A stretch of DNA of 64,000 nt from Raillietiella orientalis (taxonomy: Eukaryota), in contig JAYWIR010000049.1 in assembly GCA_036172245.1 (NCBI GenBank), positions 186,001 to 250,000 on the forward strand. The letters run 5' to 3'. The notes beneath the pieces were generated by a model. The model did no database searches, was not told the origin of the DNA, and saw nothing but the letters and a program-made list of their open reading frames with translations. This document shows, one piece after another, positions 25,201 through 36,300 of the stretch. Position 1 is the stretch's first letter; each line of letters opens with the position of its first letter. Made by a program: the position numbers and the translations under genes.

Positions 25201-27312
25201 AGACTGCTCTTTAGCTAATCCTCCGCAGCACCCGTGCACTGTTCTTGAAAGACTGCTCCTTTGTAGAGGTGAAAGAGTGCGCAGCCCACTTTTTCTGCCC
25301 TTCTCGTCAGTGCTTTCTCAACACGCATGCAGAAGTTCTTTGCATCCCACTGCGTACCTTTACGACCAGCAAAAGGCTAACTTTCGCCCATCACGCACCC
25401 GCGAAGCGCTACATTGAGACAAACAAAGGTCGACTTCTTCATTGTCCAAACCTTGCGTGGAAAACAAAGCGAAAAGAGAGCTCAGATGCCAAGAAATTTC
25501 CAGAGGATGAAAAGAGCTCACGAGAGAACAGTCGCACAGAACTTTCGCGCAACTTCCGGCAAGAATCGAAAAAGTGAAACCTGCGAAGCACACGGAAACA
25601 GGAAGAGCCAGTGATGCTGCTGGATGCAAAAGGACACATTAATACGAGTACTGTCCTACCAAAATGACATGGAACTGACAGCGAAGACGGCGTAATCGTC
25701 AGCACCGTCGATTTTGAAATCGCTAAATGATGCAGAAGGCGGTGAACACCGCACCAGCGAGCCTCGGAAGAGAATCATCCTGCATTCACAATCATGATGG
25801 CGCCAATCCGTAAGTTTTCCGATAAGATGACACGGGATTGGCCCCCTTCGTCTGAAGATACCGGGAAAACGGGCAAACTCAAATCCTGTCATCCAAATCT
25901 CGAGTGAGCAGGAATAATTCCTGGAGCGCGGAAGCACAAATTTAGGCGCTCGGGTCCACTGGTTCGCCCATTTGCATCATCCGCTCGGCATTAGTGGAGC
26001 TTTTGAGGCCTTTCCGGAATTTAAAAAACTGTGGACTTCACGCACAGTTTTGTTCACACACCATGTCTTTCGGTGCGTTTTTTTTGTTGTTGTTCATACA
26101 AATTCTATAAATTTTACTGAATAGGTTTTCTTTTTGCATTGAGGAAACTACTAAGCAAATAAACGATTAATAATAATTCACCAGGTTGCTACTGATCTGA
26201 AGCTGCGTTAAACCAACATCCTCCTACTTTGATTCCTGCTACTCATTTCCGGGAACTTATCCCACATAAACCGTATCTTTCTTTATTGCAGTCCCCAACA
26301 CCGCTTTGTGGTAGCTGTTGCAGCCAAACTGCAAAGGAATCTTCTGCATTCTGAGGATCCTCATGGGGAGGTCGGAAAATGCTATGGAAAACCGTCATCC
26401 TCCCCCTCCTTTTACCAGGAACTAGTACAGTACACGAACTTCTCTGCCTCGTATGCCCATATGCAAGCTGCCGATTACCACGACATGTATACGGTGAGCG
26501 GAGGAGGTAATTTTCCTTGTCACACGTAAAACCCTTTCTGGATTCTACCTGGGAGCAGCAGCAGAACCGCCAATGATGGGTTATGTCTGACTGTTGCACC
26601 ATCTGACCCATCCTTGGCTCCTTTTTTGCACTGCCAAACTTTTGTGCAGAGAAATCAATAAACTGCTAATAACGTAAAATGTGCGGCATTTGTCAATTTA
26701 TAAAAAACATCCAAAAGAAATTTGGCAAATTCATGAGGTGGGGGAGAAGGAAATACAACCAAAATGCAAAAAATAAAATGAAACTTTTTGAGTGAACACA
26801 TTATGGTATAATTATTTCATCGTTTGTTCTTGTTTATGTTGTATTATACCACCAAAACATGAACTATTATAATTGTAAACTTTCCTATGGGTTTGAGTTA
26901 GCCTTTTTAAAAAAGTGTCCAACCAGTATCGGGTGGACATCAAGAATCCCAGAACTCATCAGATGTCTGGTTTCTAACTAGCATCGCTGGAAGCAATGCA
27001 CCAGGTAAAAGTATCAAACTAGCCAATAAACACCTGCCATGGAAACAAGGGTAAACAGCAAACATTCCCCACATAGCTTCCTCTCCCACCTTAGACAATC
27101 TTTAATCATAAATTGGGGAAACTGCTAAGAATCTCCACAGTATTCAAGAGTTTCAAATCTGCAAGCACTACCAAGAAATTAGGCAGTTATACACTGAAGA
27201 AAGAATGAGGAACACTAATTCAAGGTATCTGGTTGCAAATGAACCCCCAAAATATAGGTCTGTCACTGTTCTCTTGTGTGGATCGACCATTTATCATCTC
27301 TCACAACATTTT

Positions 27313-28692
27313 TTAATGTCTCTGTATTTCTACTTGGAATTTGCAGGATGGTAACATCGTGGCTTCTGCAGTGACCACACTTATGTAGCCTAAGTTGGCT
27401 AAAGCGCCCCTGACTAATCCAGCTGTGAAAAGCAAAAACTATGGAAAGGCACTTGCATCCAATATGGAAACTGGGTAACTCACTTGTGGTGCTTCTTCCA
27501 AATACTGAGTTCCGGAAGAGACTCTCATTAGAAATCGGAATTTATTATCCTGAAGCACATACACTCCTTGTTGATTGGTGCGTAGATTGTCCACCTGTTT
27601 CCCATACACTGAGAACCAAAATGCTTTACAGATGAATTTCATTGCATCCATCTCATCTTTGAATAAGAAACAGTCCTTGGTCAATCTAAAAAGAAACTCT
27701 TTATACATCCTCAGCATGCACCACACTGCAGTGGGTGCAACCTTAGATCAAAAAAATCCATGCTATAGTACCATCAACATGAGAAACTTGGTTCTACTTA
27801 CCAACCTTTCAATTAGTCTGTATCCAGTACGAAATCCAATCTCTTCTAATCTGGATAGTTGTTTTTTCTTAAAAAAAGAAAAAAAAGATTTCAATTTTAA
27901 AATATCATAGGTATTCTTTCTAAATAATGTGTTTGCAATGGAAAATGAAGCCCAAGAAAAGCACAGTGACATATGCTTACCAATGCAGGTTTAAAACAAC
28001 TGCCAAAAATTTCCATCTTTTTAATATATTTTATGTCATTTCATACATAGAATACACATACTCTGATTTAAAACATCACACTTACTTTACATTTATCCTC
28101 TTTTTATTTCAAAAATGAATGACTCAATTTTTCTCATCAAGTTTGCAGTTTCCACTTACACATCATGTAAATAAGTCATGTTAATGAACTATTATAAAAT
28201 GCCCAAACATGACTGTGCAGCAATTGCTTACTTGAATCAACACACCCTTTTCATAGTTTTCGAATACATTCATGCATCACAATGCATAACGTGAGACAGA
28301 ATATGGTTAAGATTTAATAACTTTTGTATTGTAGAGGCACATACACATTTCATGCATAAACTGTGTCCTCCACATGAAATGCAGATTTCTAAATGGAACA
28401 AGCCTTCAATTATGGGAACAGGCATTGCCGAATATTTAAAGAATTCAGGGAAAGACAATAAACATCATTTTGAGGCCAGCACTATTTTATATTTAACGAC
28501 TTATGCATTATAAGGGGAGCAAAAATGTATTCTTATGAAACACAGTTTGTTTAAGAAATAAATTTTTGTTCTCACTCTTTCATCTTCGCTTAAGTTCCCT
28601 CCTTGTGGATGCAATAAAGTATTCATCATTTCCATGTGGAAAAACTCAAAAAGAGTATCTGGACCACTACTGCTGGTGGTTTGTATGCTCAT
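27313..28692 (-). CDS. TRAPPC6B: Trafficking protein particle complex subunit 6 (TRAPPC6/Trs33, Bet3 family)
   Basis: Exons: 28692-28576, 27867-27806, 27685-27484, 27438-27313 (TAA). Translation MSIQ..DTLFEFFHMEM..LEEIGFRTGYRLIERLTKD..FKDEMDAMKFICKAFW..KQVDNLRTNQQGVYVLQDNKFRFL..GLVRGALANLG..VTAE..PSCKFQV matches the known TRAPPC6 sequence. The choice of start codon (28692 vs 28743) is an inference. Confidence 0.95.
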
Positions 28693-31677
28693 CTCAGTAT
28701 TGGCGACAAGTATAAGCAATGATATAATATAAAATATTCTCATTGATATTCATGGTCAGTAAAAGTCTACAACGTTCATGCAGACTACAACACTCTTTAA
28801 GCACAAGCAGCCAAGAAAAATCTTTCACCTAAAATGCATTCGCATTCAAGAGTAAAATCCAACATCTTTTGATAGGCAAGGTAAAAACCAAAATGCTTGA
28901 CACGTTTTATCTTTTCATGGAGTTATCCGGCAGTGGATCACAATGTGGGGAGTGTAGCCTTTCATGTTATTTCAAGGCTCAAAAGTTTCCCTAAGACAGA
29001 AAACAAGCTCATACCAAGAAAGAGATGTCAACGCCTTGCAGCTATGAAAAGAATAGTTAGCCACTTAAAAAAGCGATTAGTAACGAAAGCTAGTAACGAA
29101 AATCAGTAACGAAAGCTTCCACCAAAACCACATTTAGTAACACACGATATACTCTAGGCAGCAAGAGTCCAGCTGGGCAAGAAGTCGGAGAAGCAGTTAA
29201 GGTTGCTTCAAGAACTGTGGTCAAATGCCAGCTTTTTCCAAAGAGACAGATGCACAAAACAGAAAGAGGGAAGGAGAAAGAGCAAATTGTCAATGTCCAA
29301 ACGTAAATTAAGTATGCGGTATGAGACACGGTTCCCTATCCAGAATTCTCACAGGGTCCTGGACGGCATAGACCTTGCTGACATTTCTTGCTAGCTTTCT
29401 TGCTTAGCATGGACTAGTTGGAATTTAACTGTCATTACAGATACAGTCAATTAAGCTGACCTTTAGTAATCAATTTCATTAATGTATCAAATTAAAGTGC
29501 AAAATCAAAAACCATTAAATAGGTATTCGTGAATTCGTTCAGATACGACATGTCACTGTTATGGGATGACTGTAATGTCAAATCAAATGCATCAAATGCA
29601 TGAATTAGACGACAGTGACTTTCTTTACTAATAACTTTTGATTTTTTTTTTGGATTTGAAAGATTTCAATCTATATGCCGGAAAATCGGAAACATAAGAT
29701 GCCCAGTGTCTTCTAAAATATGCCGCTTTCACAGAAATAATTGGTCTTGAGTTTGAGTTCGTAGTAATTTTCTGAACACACACAAATTTTCTTAGCCCAG
29801 AATACTTTAAAAATTAGACAGTAGGGAAGTTAAAACGTTCCTTGTGAAACAGCTCATCACTTGCGACAGAAGGAAGTGAGAAATTAATAAAACCAAAGAG
29901 ATGTACACATCTATATAAAAGTTTCTCTTTGGTTATATGTACACATATTCCCGTGTCAAAGGACATACGCAATTAAAGTCTCTTAAGCAGGAAACCGGAC
30001 AGTTCTGAAAAAACAAAACAAAACAAAAAAGACAGAAAACAGCATTTGCAGTCATACAATGAGAAAGTGTAGTCTTAACGGATCTTATTTTGATCCAAAA
30101 CATTTCACTAATTCAAACTAAGAGATAACAAAACATTTTCATAAAACACTAATTATTCTATGAATTCATTCGAGAAATGCCAGTTGTTTAGTTTTTATGT
30201 TACCTGTAACAAACACACAGAAAAATATTTCAATATTTGCAATCATAACAAATACAACTCATTTCCTATAATTGTGTACTAATTCGAACTATTTGAAGCA
30301 AACAAAACAAATGGTTTAATTATTACACATCAACATAACCCACTGATGCAATGTATTCGTTTTAAAGTTGAGCAGAAACAGTTCGTATGACTGGAAAAGA
30401 GCACTTAAATGCCTTTAATGAAATCAAGAGCTTAAGCCCTGTGAAAGGATTGACAACATTCTATGACAACAAACTCTGGTAAAGGTCAGGGAGCTCGAAA
30501 AACTCTGAAAGAGAGCTTTAATAGAAGTGTACTCTTAGAATATAATTTTTATCTGCATGGAGAAACCGATTGCCAAACAAAGCAATCAGATATAAACAAT
30601 TTACTTGCTCACATTTTCACTGCCACATTGACCAAGTATAATTTGAAAATAATCAGTAAAGAAACGGATTCCTGGTCTGGTGAGAAATTATTGGAATTGG
30701 GCTAAAGGCTGTTTGTTGGTCTTGCATCTTCAGATTGAAGATCAAATCATGAACTCTTCAAGGTGTATCATGTTATTCTAGTGAATCAATTCAAATAAAT
30801 TGTATGCAAAAGGAAATATTGAAGATAGCATCATATACAGACTGATGGTTTCAATCATTTCCGTGAATAATTCTTCCCCAAAATCATTTTTACAATGGAA
30901 TTTTTATTATTCGTAACAGTTTTGATACTGGCTGGGATCAAATTTTTAAATGTGGCATATGGATCCAACTATAATTAAATAAAAACCCGATAGGAACTAA
31001 ATTTCATAAATTTATGTGTCCTAATATATGAATCTTATACATGAATATATGAATGTACTAATAAATGAATCTATTATGTATGAAAAGAGCACGTTGAGAA
31101 GTTTTTCAAACATCATGTTTTTAAATATGTTATGTGATCTCATATCTTTTTCGATGAAAAGCAAAACGTCTACGTTGAAATTCATTCAAATTTTCCTAGA
31201 GAATCCAGGAATATTCGCTTGGAACAATGATCAAGAAGAAAATAAATTTCATTTGATCAATAAGCAACGGAATTTGTAATGGTAATTTTCGAAAGTAATT
31301 CTCCAACCTCCCACCACTCTTTTCTTCTCCTCCAAGTCGTTGGTAATCCTGTGTCTGAATCCGCTTGTTTGAATTTTTGGTGCATCGTGTATCACGGCAT
31401 GCCCGTGCTAATCATTGGGGACACATTCCTTTGGTGTGGTAGTTTGTGGGTTATGTTTACCAATTGGATATAAATCTTGTGTAATTTGGATTTTAAGGTG
31501 TCTGATTGGGAGGATATGAGTGTCCGTTTGATATGAGTTCAATGTATTGTTCAGTTACTGAAAGCATAAGTAAGAATCCTTTTTAGAGTTCATCTCGCTC
31601 ATTTTCAATATATTGTACAGTTGTCTGTACGGAGTTTCTGTACCATTACAAAAGATTGAAAGCATATATGTGGAAGA

Positions 31678-32045
31678 ATGGCTTTCCTCAATACTTCAAC
31701 TCTTCTTCCCCTTGGCAAGTACTCAGTTTGGTTGAGAATGTTTCATTGAGAATAATGTGTATTATTAGAATTGGTGGATAAGTGTATAGGTTCTCGAATA
31801 CATATAATAATGAAAAATGATAAAGAGATAGTTGGTACCCTTCTTGGATTCGATGATTTTGTAAATATGGTTTTGGAAGATGTTATTGAATATGAAACCA
31901 CTCCTGAAGGTAAACGCATCACCAGATTGGATCAGATATTATTGAATGGAAACAATATTACCATGGTAAGATGTGCTTATACAAATGACCGAATTTTGAA
32001 GAATATCTTTAGCTTGTACCAGGTGGAGAAATGCCAGACACTTAA
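31678..32045 (+). CDS. LSM5: U6 snRNA-associated Sm-like protein LSm5
   Basis: Exons: 31678-31714, 31769-31965, 32013-32045 (TAA). Protein [88 protein letters not shown] is near-identical to animal LSm5. Intron 1 is GC-AG (54 nt) and intron 2 is GT-AG (47 nt). Confidence 0.97.
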
Positions 32046-33124
32046 TGAGAAACAAAGTTTACTAGTTTTCTTCACAAGAGAGGTGTTTGAAGTTTTTTTA
32101 TTTCTAATACCACAGATATAAGAGAGCCACAAGATCTATAATGACTTCAGAGGCTTCTAAAATTATGAACTGGTGTATCAGTTTCGTGTTAAAAAGTCAT
32201 TGCTCAAAAAGCTGTTTGCAAGATGCTATGTGTTTTTTCTTTCTTGCACATTTCTGTTCCATGTATGATTTATGTTCACTGTCTAAGATATTTTCAGAAG
32301 TTATTTCTGTATTCAGTTATTATAATTGTGCTATATATCAGGTATCATATTTAATGCAAGTATTTGTGAAAATCCCAAGAAATGGGCATGTGTGCTGAAA
32401 AGCGCATGTTATTTTGCAAATTCGTTGTAATTATGTAACTACTTAGTGTTTCTTTTGAACAGTCCTCAATTGGGAATTCAATTTACATAAGTTAAAAAGT
32501 AAAGCAACTGTTGTTTTGTTTCCCATTTCCCTAAGGTAGCATTTTAATAATTAATGCTGATATAATTGGAGAGAATAAATATTAGCGTAGTAACTGTAAT
32601 ATTATTTGAACTGGAAAAAAACAATTCAATTGTAAAATCAAATAAAAGTGCATTTTTTGAATAAATTCTTGATAACCTACAAGCCACAGTTGATTGTGTA
32701 AGAGCACCACCGATTTTAAAATTGTTTGAGCTTTTTTCTTTCTTTCCTAAGGTGATCTGGATAGCTGCTCTTGAAGTTTTTTATTTGTTTTGTGTTTTTG
32801 CTTCACTTTATTAAGAGATGATGATTAGACTCATTTGAAAAATGCTAAAGATTATCTGTTTACTTGCATGATGTTTGCTAGTGTTACTAGCCTTCAATGC
32901 TGATCAGTTCAAAATATCGTGTTTTGCTGTGTATTGTCTAAAGCAATGTGAATAAAGTGGAAATGTTATGAAATGAAATGAATGAAATAGGTGATTATAA
33001 AATGAAGCTTTTAAATCAATTGCTCTGTTGTATTGGAACTTGTAAAACCAATTTGAAGTAGATGTAAAGTGTGAATATGTTGGACTGCATGTGTTCTTCA
33101 TTTATATTTCTCCTCTGTGTGTAT

Positions 33125-33335
33125 TTTGGTGTGTCTTGTGTTAGTTTGTGTGGGTTATATTTACTGATCTGATCTAGTTGTCTGTGCTTTGAGTGTATTA
33201 TCTAATTTTAAGATGTCTGGTTATTTTGTGAGAATATGAATATCGGTTCAATATATTGTTCAGTTTTCTATACCACAGTTTGTAATATATTGCATGTGGA
33301 AGATGGTATTTCTGGAAATTTCATCTCTTCACTCA
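33125..33335 (+). pseudogene. Degenerate partial duplicate of the LSM5 5' region and first coding exon
   Basis: Colinear blocks shared with 31430-31710: tagtttgtg..ggttatRtttac, attttaagRtgtctg, gagRatatgaRtRtc, gttcaatRtattgttcagtt, tttctRtacca, atgtggaaga(a)tgg and ttca.ctcttc. No downstream Sm-domain exons follow. Confidence 0.7.
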
Positions 33336-36300
33336 ACACATATTTTGCTTAAAATATTCCAGTCTGTGAAGTGTCGTTCAGGCATTAAAAGGAAATATTT
33401 TTTAGTGAGCACCTCATTGCTTTGAAAGTTCATTTTATGTATTTGATCCTGAAGCTGAACTTACAAAAGCTGGTTGCATTTTTAGCTTGGAGGAGCTTCA
33501 TGTTCACTTGAAGATTGTTTGTAACTACTTGATGTATTTTTCAGTTTTCATTTGCTTTTGCATCCATGGTTTCATTTTAAATTAAATCTGTCAAAGCAAA
33601 GTGGTTGTATTTGGAACAGCTTTTTGATGCATTTCCACAGAAAATTCATTGAAAGTTTAGGAAAAAAATCGTTGTTTGCAAACAAGGTGTTGTTGAGGGT
33701 AGCGAAGCAATGATCATATCGAAATCGGAGAAGAGAAACTTCTCAGATAATTTGAAAGGTGATGGAGACGAACATCTCACGTGGATCTTAAGGGTTCAGT
33801 TCAGAAAATAGAAAATTGAGGGCATAGAATAATTAGGTAAATGCAGTCAGTGGAAGAATCCATCAATGGGGCATCTAAAGAAAGCTCTTTTGTTTGGAAA
33901 GGATCTACCAAACGTGATCCAGAAATTTTAACACACAACCTTGTCAGAACATTGTGAAACACAGCTGTTATATCTAATGTATTCTTAATTTAAAATTTTT
34001 TTTTTAAGGGGAGGGCATCAAGAAGCATCTTTCTATGGGATTTGTTCTGTTTTTCAGTTCTTTCATCACTCACAGTGTGGTTCCGAGATTTTGGATTGTT
34101 CTGTAGGTTAAAGCAGTCAATTTTATTTCTTTATGCTTCACTCTTTAAAAGCCCATTGGAGACTTAAATCTGTGTGTCTTTGTTGAGCACCAAAGTGCCT
34201 ATGCTGGCCTGCTAAATAGTTATGGAGTTAATCACGAATCATTATCCAATAATTACTGGTGTCAATACTAAATGATGGCGCAAAGAAAATTTGCCGTTTT
34301 TGAAAGGCGGTCATTCTTTTTGGTTGCATCATTGATGCTGATCTTTAAATGCTTTGAAATACACATTTGCCCATGAAAGATTTTGACTTGAAAATCTGAA
34401 TTTAGGAACTCAGCAAGAATCTAGTTTTTAGTAAAGTTCCTTTTGCTAGAAAGGGTTGTCATCGCTTGCAGCAAGATTGAAGCAGAACACACATTACAAC
34501 AGAGATAGTTGTCGTGGAAATAGGTTCTGAGATTTTGTCGGGAAAAATGAAAAAATTTTTTCTTTTTGCTCCGAATATTTGATCTTAGCCTTAGGTATTT
34601 TGAAAATTTGAATTTGATAATTTAGGAGCTCGTGAAGAATAAGTTACCACGAGAAGAAAATGAACAACAATTCCATAGCATGAGAAAGGAAGAGCAAACC
34701 CATTGAAATTCCGAGTGATGGACCGTCAACATTTGAAGGCGAGGAGGCACCCATCAGAAGAAGAAAACAACGGAAAACATTTCCCTTTTTCTGGAAAAGG
34801 CGAATAGGAAATATCTGAATTTCGAGGAAGGGAAATGTACTTCCAACAGAAAAGCATGCTGACTGTAAATGGAGAACCATGGACCCAGAGAAATTATTAA
34901 ACAGGAACTTGAAATTCGCATTACGACGTCATGTTGAGGTCGGTCAACACGGAAGGCATTCCGGGCATCGGGAGATGGTATTCTTAAGCTGAATGAAATG
35001 ATACATGGATTCTTACTGGGGAAAGTTGCGAAAACATGGGACAGATGCTCCAGCTTGAAAGTATGCTTCAAAAATTCCTGTGGAACAAATGCGTCCCCAT
35101 ACGCGCTGCGTTTGTCATATATTCCAGGAATCAGGTACTGTTTGTTTTCTTAAACTGATACGGGAGTCCAAAGAGAAGAGCCAAGTCCTCTTGGTGAATA
35201 AACAAAGGGGGCCATGACCGGTAAGTACTCACGTGCCACGAATACACTGCTGCTGTTTACCCGGGCGGCTCCCATCTGCAGGCAAACTTCAGTGTGGTAA
35301 CCACTTCTTCCGACTTTCGTGGTGTTCCGTGTTCCCGGCTACAGGCGCAGCTGTTTCTTTTCCTGGAAAACCCATGCCTAACAACCGGTCTCGCTGTTTG
35401 CTATGGATGGCCCGTGCCCCACAAGATGGAAACATCCTGAGAACCCAAACGTGACCGTTGCAGATTTCCATTATCTCCAAACGAAATTCTTTGTTTCGGT
35501 TTCCGTCGCATGATTTATCAAAGGAAGCAGAAGTTCAGGTACAGTCAAGCTCAGGCAAGTCGGAGCTCGAGATAAAAAAAAAAAAAGAAACCTTTTATTT
35601 ATTCGAATCATTCGTAATTTCAAGTCACGTTATTCTTTTCAGGTAGCGTTCTCGGATTACGATGCCAGGATTCGTTATAACACTGATGGATCACACAGCA
35701 AAAACGTGATAACTGCTAAAAGCAGAATATCAGATCGCAGCGAGCATTAGAATAATCGCTGCAACAGTCTTTCGGTAGTTCTGTGATTACTTAGATGTAA
35801 CCCTTAAGAATTTCTGCAATGCAATCATTCTTAGATCACGGAAACCCGGTTGCGATTGCAACACATGCGTTTGTTCGAATTTGATAGTTCTGAATAACCT
35901 TTCAAATCATAAATCGCCTAATCTCTTCCTGAAACAGCAAAGGAAGTGGAACGTCATGGGCTAATGGTGAACGCGAAGAAGTGAAACAGCTTCTTTTTAG
36001 CTTAATTGGAAAAAATGCAAAACGTGAACTTCGGTGAAGCCAAAGGTCAGAGGAAGCTGGCACAAAAACAATGAAGAGTATGAAGAGTGCATCGGAGTTG
36101 ATCGATTCCCGAAGAAAAAGAAACAAAGGGCAGACTGATTTTTCTGAGGCACGAGAATAAGAATATTAAAAGACATTGGCGGAAAAGGTAGAGGAACACA
36201 TTCCTCGATGAAGAAAGTTTGAAATCGACCAGCACGTCAGATAGCCATGTTCCAGAAAACACGAAACCACAATCGTGTCAAAACCTAGACATTACTTTTC

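Noticed and set aside
26291..26529. Possible plus-strand terminal exon (good acceptor, 79-codon open frame)
   Set aside because: No recognisable homology and no upstream partner exons could be supported.
28693..28743. Upstream in-frame ATG giving TRAPPC6 a signal-peptide-like MRIFYIISLLILVANTE extension
   Set aside because: TRAPPC6 is cytosolic. The segment is T-rich on the sense strand and ends in AG just before the second ATG, so it is more likely intron or UTR. It cannot be excluded without cDNA.
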